64,000 nt of DNA from an uncultured Candidatus Saccharibacteria bacterium (GTDB taxonomy: Bacteria > Patescibacteriota > Minisyncoccia > Phycocordibacterales > JACOZG01): contig OZ246403.1 in assembly GCA_965230925.1 (NCBI GenBank), positions 3,367 to 67,366 of the forward strand. Direction: 5' to 3'. Position 1 is the stretch's first letter. Each line of letters begins with the position of its first letter. The translations under genes were made by a program, and so were the position numbers. This document shows, piece after piece, positions 15,542 to 24,371 of this stretch. The notes beneath the pieces are model-generated. The model had not been told where the DNA came from. It searched no databases and saw nothing but the letters and a program-made list of their open reading frames with translations.

Positions 15542-16816
15542 ATGCCGAGCTGGAAAGACTATTTTAAGAGTAAGAAAATCACGCTCATGGGGCTGGGGCT
15601 CTTGGGGCGGGGGGTTGGTGACGCTAAGTTTTTGGCCGAAATGGGGGCGGAGTTGATTGTGACTGATTTGAAAACGGCGGAACAACTGGAGACCTCGATC
15701 AAGCAACTTAAGAAATATCCCAATATTAAATTTATTTTGGGTGAGCATCGGCTCGAAGATTTCAAAGACAGAGACTTTGTTTTGCGAGCGGCAAACGTGC
15801 CGCTTGATTCAGTTTATATTGCTGAGGCCCGGAAGAATGGTATCCCAATCAAAATGGATGCCTCGTGGTTCGCGGAACTGATGCCGGGTGGCGTAATGCT
15901 TGTGGGTATTACCGGCACGCGCGGTAAGAGCACCACGACGCAGATGATTTATGAAATTTTGAAAGCCGCGAAGAAGCGAGTTTTCTTGGGTGGCAATGTG
16001 AAGGGCGTGGCGACCTTGCCGCTCTTGAAGAAGGTGAAGTCGGGCGACATTTTAGTGCTTGAACTCGACTCGTGGCAACTCCAAGGCTTCGGCGAGGCAC
16101 AGATGAGTCCGCAAATTGCGGTGTTTACCAACTTTATGCCCGATCACCTCAATTATTATAAAGGTGATATGAAGCAATATCTTGCCGATAAAGAAAATAT
16201 TTTTAAGTATCAGAAACCGGGGGACACTTTGGTTCGCGGCGAAACAGCAAAAAAATTACCGGCAAGTTGGAAGCTAAAAATTCTTGGCGCGCACAATCGA
16301 GTCAATGCCGCGTGTGCAGTAGAGGTGGGAAAAGTTTTGGAAATTCCAGAAAAGATTATTAAAAAAGCAGTTGAGAATTTTTCCGGCGTGCCCGGACGTT
16401 TAGAATTAGTTAGAACCGTTCGCGGGGTTAAGTATTATAATGACACCACAGCTACAAGTCCGGATGCGGTGATTGCGGCGATTGGCGCATTCGCCGCGGC
16501 GAAAAAGATTGTTTTAATCGCTGGTGGCACAGATAAAAATTTCCCTGATGAAAGCGTGGTCAAACTTGGTGAAAATTTGGCAAAAGTGAAAGAAGTTATT
16601 TTATTGCCCGGTACAGGAACAGAAAAACTCAAGAAGCTAATGAAGCTAAAAGCTAATGAAGCTGGAACTCTCGCCGATGCTCTAAAAATGGCTCAAAATA
16701 AGGCTAAATCAGGCGACACCGTTCTCTTAAGTCCAGGTTTTGCCTCTTTTGGTCTCTTTAAGAATGAGTACGACCGCGGAAATCAATTTGATAAGTTTGT
16801 GAAGAAGTTGAAATGA
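15542..16816 (+). CDS. murD: UDP-N-acetylmuramoyl-L-alanine--D-glutamate ligase
   Basis: GLG N-domain; GITGTRGKSTT P-loop; LELDSWQL; N..PDHLNYY; RLE..YYNDT.AT; LIAGG.DK; VLLSPGFASF..F.N..RG..F. Confidence 0.92.
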   Translation: MPSWKDYFKSKKITLMGLGLLGRGVGDAKFLAEMGAELIVTDLKTAEQLETSIKQLKKYPNIKFILGEHRLEDFKDRDFVLRAANVPLDSVYIAEARKNGIPIKMDASWFAELMPGGVMLVGITGTRGKSTTTQMIYEILKAAKKRVFLGGNVKGVATLPLLKKVKSGDILVLELDSWQLQGFGEAQMSPQIAVFTNFMPDHLNYYKGDMKQYLADKENIFKYQKPGDTLVRGETAKKLPASWKLKILGAHNRVNAACAVEVGKVLEIPEKIIKKAVENFSGVPGRLELVRTVRGVKYYNDTTATSPDAVIAAIGAFAAAKKIVLIAGGTDKNFPDESVVKLGENLAKVKEVILLPGTGTEKLKKLMKLKANEAGTLADALKMAQNKAKSGDTVLLSPGFASFGLFKNEYDRGNQFDKFVKKLK

Positions 16817-17283
16817 GAATCTTATTTTGGCGAACATTTTATTTTTTTGTAAATCCTTTTCGCCGTCTGTATTGGTTTGTTGTTCGGCCAAAAACTCGTG
16901 GTGTTAAGTGTGTAATTTTTTGGCAAGACAAGATTCTCTTGGTTCGCTTGGCATATGCCCATAAAAAATGGACAATTCCTGGCGGCGGAGTAAAGCGCCA
17001 TGAGACCCCAGAGCAAGCGGCCAAACGAGAGTTGAGAGAAGAAGTAGGAATCAATTTGTCTGCATTAAATCATTGTGGTTCTTATCAAACCGTTAAGGAG
17101 TATAAACGGGATACAGTAGATTGTTTTTATGCTAATGTGGAATCGCCAGATTTTGTGCTTGATGATTTAGAAATTAGCGAAGCAGGGTGGTTCTCACTTG
17201 ATGATTTACCTGAAAACCGCGTTCCGCGTGTTAATAAAATAATTCCTTTTTGTAAAAAACTTTTACACGATCAAGAAAACTAA
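16813..17283 (+). CDS. NUDIX hydrolase
   Basis: Nudix box GGGVKRHETPEQAAKRELREEVG; ATGA overlap with murD. Confidence 0.9.
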   Translation: MRILFWRTFYFFVNPFRRLYWFVVRPKTRGVKCVIFWQDKILLVRLAYAHKKWTIPGGGVKRHETPEQAAKRELREEVGINLSALNHCGSYQTVKEYKRDTVDCFYANVESPDFVLDDLEISEAGWFSLDDLPENRVPRVNKIIPFCKKLLHDQEN

Positions 17284-18098
17284 AGTGAGGGTGGGTAAAT
17301 TGCCACGGTGACGTTTGTGAATTGTTCTTTGCCGCTGTCGCGCACATGACTAGACCAGCGATGATTGCCTTGCTCGTCTAACTCTCCGTAGGTATCACCA
17401 GAATATTTTTTGATTTGATTTACTGGAACCCCTAATTGTTCGAGTCGGTTAGAGATCATTTGCTGAAGATTAATGTGTCCGTCTTCTGGCTTGTCAAGAA
17501 AACAGTTTTCACCCCAGTTAGCCAAAATTTCTTTAATTAGAATTTTGTTTTTCTCGCCATAGACAGGATCATTGGCAGAATAAATAAAGTGTTCCGGGCC
17601 GAGGGTTGGACCAATGAAGACCTGGGTTTCTTTTGGTTCTGTGCCTAAGTGAATTGCAGTAGAGATTGCATTATCGACGACACCTTTTTGTTCACTAGAC
17701 TCAGGCAATACTGATCGTAAACCAGCATGGAAGGCGATAATTGAATTGTCTTGGTTGTTTGGACAATAACAAAACACTGGCGCGCAGTCAGCCGAGCGAA
17801 TAATCGCGGCTTCGCCAGCATGGATTGCAAATCCTTCAGCCTGCGGTACGCCATAGAGTTCAACATCGTTAACATTGCCCCATTTCAAATAATTTTCTCG
17901 GTCAAGATTAATTTGGCCATTGAATAGCTGGGGAACATTTGGTTTATAAATTTTGTCCACCCCAAACTTTTTCACCTTTTCCACTACTGGTGTGAGGGCT
18001 TCTGGTGTGTCAGCCGTGGAGCGAGGCTTAGGGAGGCGATAATTAAGGCCAAAAAGCTCGAGAACGATTGCTTGATTGGTAAATGGCTTTATTGTCAT
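17280..18098 (-). CDS. YfiH/PgeF-like (laccase-domain, purine nucleoside phosphorylase family) protein, divergent
   Basis: ADCAPV, FHAGLR, IGPTLGP..F and terminal SH.R motifs. The likely ATG is at 18098, because the longer ORF would overlap murC. Confidence 0.75.
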   Translation of the reverse strand: MTIKPFTNQAIVLELFGLNYRLPKPRSTADTPEALTPVVEKVKKFGVDKIYKPNVPQLFNGQINLDRENYLKWGNVNDVELYGVPQAEGFAIHAGEAAIIRSADCAPVFCYCPNNQDNSIIAFHAGLRSVLPESSEQKGVVDNAISTAIHLGTEPKETQVFIGPTLGPEHFIYSANDPVYGEKNKILIKEILANWGENCFLDKPEDGHINLQQMISNRLEQLGVPVNQIKKYSGDTYGELDEQGNHRWSSHVRDSGKEQFTNVTVAIYPPSL

Positions 18099-18128
18099 TT
18101 TAGGCAAAACTAGTTTATCATTCTTCCC

Positions 18129-19379
18129 ATGATTGAGCTTGAACGGGCGAAGAAAGTCCATTTTATCGGCATTGGCGGCATTGGTGTCTCGGCTATTGCC
18201 CGGATGATGGTGGGTGAAGGTAATCCGCCAGCTGGCGGAGTGAGCGGTTCTGACCGAGGGCCGTCTCCAGTCACAGAAGGGTTAGAAAAGTTGGGGGTAA
18301 AAATCTTTTTTGAACAAACGGCAGAAAATATTAAACCTGATGTTGATCTGGTAATTTATAGTTTGTCGATTCCTGACACTAATCCTGAACTGGCGCGAGC
18401 GCGAGAGCTTAAGATTCCAACCTTCTCTTATCCCGAGGTTTTGGGCCACATTTCGAAGCAGAAGTTCACCATCGCCGTGTCTGGGACGCATGGAAAAACG
18501 ACCACCACGGCCATGATCGCCGCAATTTTAGTTGCGGCTAAGTTTGATCCCACTGTTGTGGTCGGGAGTCTTCTGAAAGGGAGTGAAAGTAATTTTATTG
18601 CGGGCAAAAGTGAATATTTCGTGGTCGAGGCTTGTGAATACAAAAGGTCTTTCTTGAACTTGTGGCCGAAGATTCTGGTGATCACCAACATCGACAATGA
18701 TCATCTTGATTACTATAAAGACATGAACGATATTCAGTCAGCTTTTGACGAACTTAAGGCAAAAGTTCCGGCTGACGGTAAGGTGATTACGAGTAAAGAA
18801 TATGAACGGGTGCCAGTTGATTTTAAATTACAAGTCCCGGGCGAACATAATGTGAAGAACGCTCAAGCCGCGCTCGCGGTAGCGGCCGCGCTTGGTATTG
18901 AGCGGAGTGTGGCGGTTAAGGCGCTCGAAGGATTTACCGGCACTTGGCGGCGATTTGAGCTCAAAGGTAAAACTCCTGCTGGTACCTTCGTCTACGATGA
19001 TTATGCCCATCATCCTACCGCTATTCGTGCCACGCTCAAAGCGGCACGGGAGCTAGCCGGTGAGCACAAGGTTTTTGTAGTCTTCCAACCCCATCTCTAC
19101 AGCCGGACCAAGCATTCTTTTGATGACTTTGCCCAGAGTTTCAAAGACGCTGATCTTGCAATTATTGCGCCCATTTACGCCGCGCGCGAGCCGGTTGACC
19201 CGACTGTTTCTGGTGAAATGTTGGCACAAGCAGTACAAGAGAAAACGGGCAACGGTCTTTACCTCGCTACCTTAGAAGAAATGCGGGATAAGCTCCTGTC
19301 TGAAACGAGGTCCGGTGACATAATTATGACCATGGGCGCTGGCGACATTTACCACTTAGCAGATGATCTGTTAAAATAA
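18129..19379 (+). CDS. murC: UDP-N-acetylmuramate--L-alanine ligase
   Basis: HFIGIGGIGVSAIA; VSGSD; AVSGTHGKTTTT; VEACEY; TNIDNDHLD; RRFE; DDYAHHP; FQPHLYSRT; MGAGDI. Confidence 0.93.
   Translation: MIELERAKKVHFIGIGGIGVSAIARMMVGEGNPPAGGVSGSDRGPSPVTEGLEKLGVKIFFEQTAENIKPDVDLVIYSLSIPDTNPELARARELKIPTFSYPEVLGHISKQKFTIAVSGTHGKTTTTAMIAAILVAAKFDPTVVVGSLLKGSESNFIAGKSEYFVVEACEYKRSFLNLWPKILVITNIDNDHLDYYKDMNDIQSAFDELKAKVPADGKVITSKEYERVPVDFKLQVPGEHNVKNAQAALAVAAALGIERSVAVKALEGFTGTWRRFELKGKTPAGTFVYDDYAHHPTAIRATLKAARELAGEHKVFVVFQPHLYSRTKHSFDDFAQSFKDADLAIIAPIYAAREPVDPTVSGEMLAQAVQEKTGNGLYLATLEEMRDKLLSETRSGDIIMTMGAGDIYHLADDLLK
18222..18240. repeat. 19-bp palindromic element AATCCGCCAGCTGGCGGAG inside murC
   Basis: Contains the perfect 16-bp palindrome TCCGCCAGCTGGCGGA; an exact reverse-complement copy lies at 63770-63788. 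Confidence 0.8.
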
Positions 19380-19386
19380 CCGGCTA

Positions 19387-19551
19387 ATGAATCAAGAAGT
19401 TCGTCGGAATAAAAATTGGACCAGCGTTTTCTTCGGCCTTTTGGTTGCCCTTTTGCCACTTTCTGGTCTTCCGGGCTGGATCAAAACGCCGGCCTTGGTG
19501 GTCTGTGGCCTCATTATTGTTCTCATTGCCCTTTCTGGCCAGCGTCGATGA
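19387..19551 (+). CDS. 54-aa two-TM membrane protein (not in the ORF track)
   Basis: MNQEVRRNKNWTSVFFGLLVALLPLSGLPGWIKTPALVVCGLIIVLIALSGQRR*; preceded by TGTTAAAAT; ATGA overlap with the next gene. Confidence 0.75.
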   Translation: MNQEVRRNKNWTSVFFGLLVALLPLSGLPGWIKTPALVVCGLIIVLIALSGQRR

Positions 19552-20750
19552 TTAAATTTTCTTTGCTTTTCATTTGCCTAGTGACCTTGTTCTTCCTAGG
19601 CTTTTTTAACCTACCTCAGCATTGGTTTGTGGATAATTACGAGCTTCAAACGGCGGCTGTGGCCAAGATGGTGGCTGCTCCTGTTGTTACAACACCAAAA
19701 GAGCCAGAAGTTGCTCATATCAAGACACCGGAGCCGCTCAAAGCAATTTACATGACCAGTTGGGTGGCGGGTACGAGATCAATTCGCGAGAAGTTGGTAA
19801 AAATTATTGATGAAACCGAGATTAATGCGCTCGTGATTGATATTAAGGATTACACCGGTCAGAATGCGCTAACCGACGGCCGGATGCCAGATATTAAAGA
19901 GTTTATCGAGAGTTTGCATGAGAAAAACGTGTACGTGATTGGTCGGATCGCAGTGTTTCAAGATCCGCTTTTTGTGAAAGAGCGTCCGGATCTCGCGGTG
20001 AAGCGAGCTAGCGATGGTGAGGTTTGGAAGGATCGCAAGGGGATTAGCTGGCTCGACGCGGCGGCTAAAGAGGCTTGGGAACGAGCGGCGGACTTGGCGC
20101 GCGAGAGTTATGCGCTTGGCTTTGACGAAATTAATTTTGATTACATTCGCTTCCCATCCGACGGCAATATGGAAGATATTGCCTATCCATTTTATGATAA
20201 AACGACTACGACAAAGCCAGAAGTGTTGCGCCAATTTTTTGCTTATCTCGATAAAGAATTGAGTGATATTCCGTTGCCAATTTCTGCCGATCTCTTCGGC
20301 CTCACCACGAGCGCCAAGGATGATCTCGGTATTGGCCAAATTTTAGAAGACGCGGCGCCGTATTTCGATTACATCGCGCCGATGGTTTACCCGTCGCATT
20401 TCGCCGCTGGCTTCGAAGGACTTAAGAATCCAGCCGCGAACCCGTATGAAGTGATTAAATATTCAATGGACGAGGCCGTGAAAAAGCTCAATCCGCCTGA
20501 TCCTTTACCAGCCGCCTCCGCTACTGCTACGTCGAGCCAAGCCACCACTACGCTGCAAGTTAAGCCGAAACCAAAATATAACCCGCTTAAACTTCGCCCT
20601 TGGCTTCAAGACTTCGATCTCGGTGCCGACTACACCGCCGACATGGTCCGCGCCCAAATCCAAGCCACCTACGACGCTGGTCTCACCAGCTGGATGCTTT
20701 GGGATCCTTCAAATAAATATACAAAAGAAGCGCTAGAGCCTGCTTTGTAA
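19548..20750 (+). CDS. Membrane-anchored putative glycoside hydrolase (DUF4015-like TIM barrel)
   Basis: KAIYMT; INALVIDIKD; IGRIAVFQDP; GFDEINFDYIRFPSDG; SADLFG; PMVYPSH; LRPWLQDF; WMLWDPSN. ATG at 19548. Confidence 0.8.
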   Translation: MIKFSLLFICLVTLFFLGFFNLPQHWFVDNYELQTAAVAKMVAAPVVTTPKEPEVAHIKTPEPLKAIYMTSWVAGTRSIREKLVKIIDETEINALVIDIKDYTGQNALTDGRMPDIKEFIESLHEKNVYVIGRIAVFQDPLFVKERPDLAVKRASDGEVWKDRKGISWLDAAAKEAWERAADLARESYALGFDEINFDYIRFPSDGNMEDIAYPFYDKTTTTKPEVLRQFFAYLDKELSDIPLPISADLFGLTTSAKDDLGIGQILEDAAPYFDYIAPMVYPSHFAAGFEGLKNPAANPYEVIKYSMDEAVKKLNPPDPLPAASATATSSQATTTLQVKPKPKYNPLKLRPWLQDFDLGADYTADMVRAQIQATYDAGLTSWMLWDPSNKYTKEALEPAL

Positions 20751-20780
20751 AAGCCCACAACAAGGTTATAATCCTTGATA

Positions 20781-22430
20781 ATGGAAAATAAGCCCAAGGA
20801 TCGGATTTATTTTGGCGAAACGGACTTTCGCGGGAAGAAGACGCCATTTGGGATTAAGCTCGAGGATCGGATGCGCCACGTGTATGTGATCGGAAAGACG
20901 GGTATGGGTAAATCAACCGTGCTCGAGAACATGGCCATTCAAGATATTCAGAACGGCCACGGCATGGCCTTCATGGATCCACACGGAGGTACGGCGGAGA
21001 AGCTCTTGGAATATGTACCCAAGGAGCGGATTAAAGATGTGGTGTACTTTGCTCCCTTTGATCTCGATAATCCAATCTCCTTTAATGTGATGGAGAACGT
21101 GGGAATTGATCAGCGTCACCTTGTGGTCTCTGGTTTGATGAGTGCGTTTAAGAAGATTTGGGTTGACGCTTGGAGCGCTCGGATGGAATATATTCTCCAG
21201 AACACCTTGCTGGCGCTTTTGGAGTATCCCAACTCAACCTTGCTTGGGGTTAACAGAATGTTGTCTGACAAGGAGTATCGCAAGAAGGTGGTGGACAACG
21301 TCACCGACCCCGGCGTGAGATCCTTTTGGGTAGACGAGTTTGCCAAGTATACCGAGCGGATGGCGGCTGAAGCCGTGCCAGCGATTCAAAACAAGATTGG
21401 TCAGTTTACTTCCAACCCACTGATTCGCAATATTGTTGGCCAGTCTCGGTCATCATTTGATTTCCGCAACATCATGGACGAGGGGAAGATCTTGATCATT
21501 AACCTCTCGAAGGGACGGATGGGCGAGGGTAATGCCAATCTTATCGGCTCAATGCTCATTACCAAAATTTATCTCACGGCGATGTCGCGGGCGAATTTAT
21601 CTTCGGCGGAAATTCGGAAGATGCCACCGTTTTATTTCTTCGTTGATGAATTCCAGAGCTTTGCCAATGAGAGCTTTGCCAACATTCTTTCTGAGGCGCG
21701 GAAATATAAGCTCTCGCTTCACATTGCGCATCAATACATTGAGCAAATGAGCGAGGAGGTGCGCGCAGCCGTGTTTGGTAACGTTGGTTCCATTCTCACG
21801 TTTCGTGTTGGTCCCTTCGACGCTGAGGTGCTCGAGAAAATATTTTTTCCTACGTTTACCAAAGAGGACTTAGTGAATCTCGGACGCTTTCAGCTCTACT
21901 TAACTCTAATGATCGATGGTATCGGCTCGCCGCCGTTCTCGGCCACTGGTTTGCCACCAATTGCCGCGATGGGAGAAAATTATGTTCAGGAAATTATCGA
22001 GTTGGGTCGCAAAACTTATGCTAAACCGCGCGAGCAGGTAGAGAAAGAAATTGCCGATTGGCACGAGGAGGGAAAGGTTGCGAGTATTGCCACACCACCA
22101 CGGATGGCTACTGCGCCACGACCAGCTTCTCCTAGACCGCCGCTACAGACTTCGGAGCCTCCTCGATCGGCTAGAACGACCGTTGCGCCGGAAAAAATCG
22201 TTTCGTTGAGCGCTTTGCGCCAGAAGGCAGAAACAGCTAAGGCTAAAGATGTTCGGCCCAAGAATCGCGACGAGTTAAAGAAGTCACTTAAGGATATTTT
22301 GGGTAAAATTGATGAGGAAAAGAAAAAAAGTGAGCCGACACAAACGCCAAAACAATCAGTAACACAGCCAGCCCAACCTTCTGCTAATGAAATTCCGCGT
22401 GACCAACTCGAGAAGATGTTGAAGGTATGA
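20781..22430 (+). CDS. VirD4/TraD-like (HerA/FtsK superfamily) P-loop ATPase
   Basis: RHVYVIGKTGMGKS Walker A; DPHG; VDEFQ Walker B; LSEARKY; AHQY..Q; GNVG; low-complexity tail. TATAAT lies 8 nt upstream of the ATG. Confidence 0.85.
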   Translation: MENKPKDRIYFGETDFRGKKTPFGIKLEDRMRHVYVIGKTGMGKSTVLENMAIQDIQNGHGMAFMDPHGGTAEKLLEYVPKERIKDVVYFAPFDLDNPISFNVMENVGIDQRHLVVSGLMSAFKKIWVDAWSARMEYILQNTLLALLEYPNSTLLGVNRMLSDKEYRKKVVDNVTDPGVRSFWVDEFAKYTERMAAEAVPAIQNKIGQFTSNPLIRNIVGQSRSSFDFRNIMDEGKILIINLSKGRMGEGNANLIGSMLITKIYLTAMSRANLSSAEIRKMPPFYFFVDEFQSFANESFANILSEARKYKLSLHIAHQYIEQMSEEVRAAVFGNVGSILTFRVGPFDAEVLEKIFFPTFTKEDLVNLGRFQLYLTLMIDGIGSPPFSATGLPPIAAMGENYVQEIIELGRKTYAKPREQVEKEIADWHEEGKVASIATPPRMATAPRPASPRPPLQTSEPPRSARTTVAPEKIVSLSALRQKAETAKAKDVRPKNRDELKKSLKDILGKIDEEKKKSEPTQTPKQSVTQPAQPSANEIPRDQLEKMLKV

Positions 22431-22966
22431 GAATTCTTATTTTTTCTCTCGCGTATTTGCCCTTTGTGGGTGGGGCTGAAGTAGCGATCAAGGATATTAC
22501 CGATCGTTTACCTGAACATGAGTTTGAAATGATTACGGCCAATTTAGACGGGAGGCAAAAGAAGACAGAAAAAATTGGGAATGTTTTGGTGCGAAGAATC
22601 GGGTCAGGAAAATTTTCAAAATATTTTTATCAGTGGCAGGCGGCAATTTTGGCACGTAAATTGCATCAAGAAAAACCGTACGATTTAACTTGGGCCATGA
22701 TGGCGAATCAAGCGGGGATGGCGGCGGCGGGTTTTAAAAAACATTTTCCTAATGTTCCGTTTTTGCTCACCTTGCAAGAAGGGGATGATTTTTCGAGCTT
22801 TGGTTATGCTACACGTTTGCTTGGTCCAAGGTTGTGGCGCGTGTTTCAAAGGGCCGATTATTGCCAGGCCATTTCCCAATATTTGGCTAAATGGGGCCGT
22901 GAAATGGGGTTCAGGGGTGAAATTGCCGTGATTCCAAATGGGGTTAATCTTCCCAAGTCTATATGA
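22427..22966 (+). CDS. GT4 glycosyltransferase, N-terminal Rossmann half
   Basis: YLPFVGGAE..; ends at VIPNGV, the normal interdomain boundary. Confidence 0.8.
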   Translation: MRILIFSLAYLPFVGGAEVAIKDITDRLPEHEFEMITANLDGRQKKTEKIGNVLVRRIGSGKFSKYFYQWQAAILARKLHQEKPYDLTWAMMANQAGMAAAGFKKHFPNVPFLLTLQEGDDFSSFGYATRLLGPRLWRVFQRADYCQAISQYLAKWGREMGFRGEIAVIPNGVNLPKSI

Positions 22967-23508
22967 TAACCATTATTCACACCGGGCGGTTGGTGGCAAA
23001 AAATGGCATATGCGATTTAATCCAGGCGCTCACTTATTTGCCGAGTGAAGTAAAACTGCAATTGCTCGGAGGTGGTGAGGAAGAAATGATGTTAAAAAAT
23101 TTGGCAAAGAAACTTGGTGTTGCCGCGCGAGTTGAATTTCTAGGTCACGTGCCACCCGAACGGGTAGCAGAGTATTTGCATCGCGCCGATATTTTTTGCC
23201 GTCCTTCACTTTCCGAAGGATTGGGGATTTCTTTTCTTGAAGCGATGGGGGCGGGTTTACCCACGATTGGTACAGCGGTTGGGGGAATTCCTGATTTTCT
23301 CAAACACCTAGAAACCGGTTGGATTTGCGAGGTAAAAAATCCCAAAAGTATCGCCGATCAGGTTAAGTTTATTATTGATCCAGTGAATCAAGCTAAAGTT
23401 CAAGAAATTGTGGCCCGTGCTCGGAAGCTTGTAGAAGAAAAGTACAATTGGGACACGGTGGCGAGGGAGATAAATGTAATTTTTAAAAAAACTCAGAATT
23501 TGCTTTAA
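22963..23508 (+). CDS. GT4 glycosyltransferase, C-terminal (donor-binding) half
   Basis: GRLVAKNG; PSLSEGLGISFLEAMGAGLP.I.T.VGGIPD; ATGA overlap with the N-terminal half. Confidence 0.85.
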   Translation: MITIIHTGRLVAKNGICDLIQALTYLPSEVKLQLLGGGEEEMMLKNLAKKLGVAARVEFLGHVPPERVAEYLHRADIFCRPSLSEGLGISFLEAMGAGLPTIGTAVGGIPDFLKHLETGWICEVKNPKSIADQVKFIIDPVNQAKVQEIVARARKLVEEKYNWDTVAREINVIFKKTQNLL

Positions 23509-23510
23509 AA

Positions 23511-24371
23511 ATGAAAACCTTTTTAGTTACCGGCGGCGCCGGATTCATAGGTTCCCATTTAATTGAGTCGCTTGTGGCAGAAGGAAACAACCGTGTTTTT
23601 TCCCTAGACAACTATTTTACCGGCAAAAAGGAAAATCATGTGCCTGGTGCCGAATACATTGAAGGAGATACTAAGAATATTCAAGAACTGGTTAAAGTAA
23701 AACCCGACATTGTTTTTCATCTTGGTGAATATTCTCGAGTGGAGAAGAGTTTTGAGGATATGCGGTTGGTGTGGAATTACAATAAGGATGGAACCTTTGC
23801 AGTGCTTGAGTTTTGCCGAAACTGTGGGGCAAAACTAGTTTACGCTGGCTCGAGTACTAAGTTTGGTGATGGGGGTCTTGGTCGTGATCAGAGTCCGTAC
23901 GCATGGACAAAAGCAAGTAATTCCGAGCTTATTAAGAATTATCATCAGTGGTTCGGCCTTTCTTATGCTATCGCATATTTTTATAATGTGTACGGTCCCA
24001 GAGAAATTACTGAAGGTGCTTATGCCACGGTTATCGGGATCTTTAAAAGACAGCACAAAAGTCAGAAACCACTTACCGTGGTTGAACCAGGCACTCAATT
24101 ACGCAACTTTACCCACGTGAAAGACATAGTGAGTGGGCTAATAAAGATTGGTGAGACGGGTGAGGGGGATAACTATGGACTCGGCGCCAAGGATGCTTAT
24201 CAGATTCTTGAGGTGGCAAAAATGTTTAATTCAGATATTGTAATGTTACAACCGCGCTCAGGGAACCGTTTAACCGCCGAGCTTGACGTGAGCCGATCAG
24301 AGAAAGAGCTTGGTTGGCAGGCCACAGAAAGCTTGAAAGAACATATCCAGGAATTTATTAAAAAATCATGA
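23511..24371 (+). CDS. NAD-dependent sugar epimerase/dehydratase (extended SDR)
   Basis: LVTGGAGFIGSHL; YAWTK (YxxxK); FYNVYGP; RNFTHV.D. Confidence 0.9.
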   Translation: MKTFLVTGGAGFIGSHLIESLVAEGNNRVFSLDNYFTGKKENHVPGAEYIEGDTKNIQELVKVKPDIVFHLGEYSRVEKSFEDMRLVWNYNKDGTFAVLEFCRNCGAKLVYAGSSTKFGDGGLGRDQSPYAWTKASNSELIKNYHQWFGLSYAIAYFYNVYGPREITEGAYATVIGIFKRQHKSQKPLTVVEPGTQLRNFTHVKDIVSGLIKIGETGEGDNYGLGAKDAYQILEVAKMFNSDIVMLQPRSGNRLTAELDVSRSEKELGWQATESLKEHIQEFIKKS

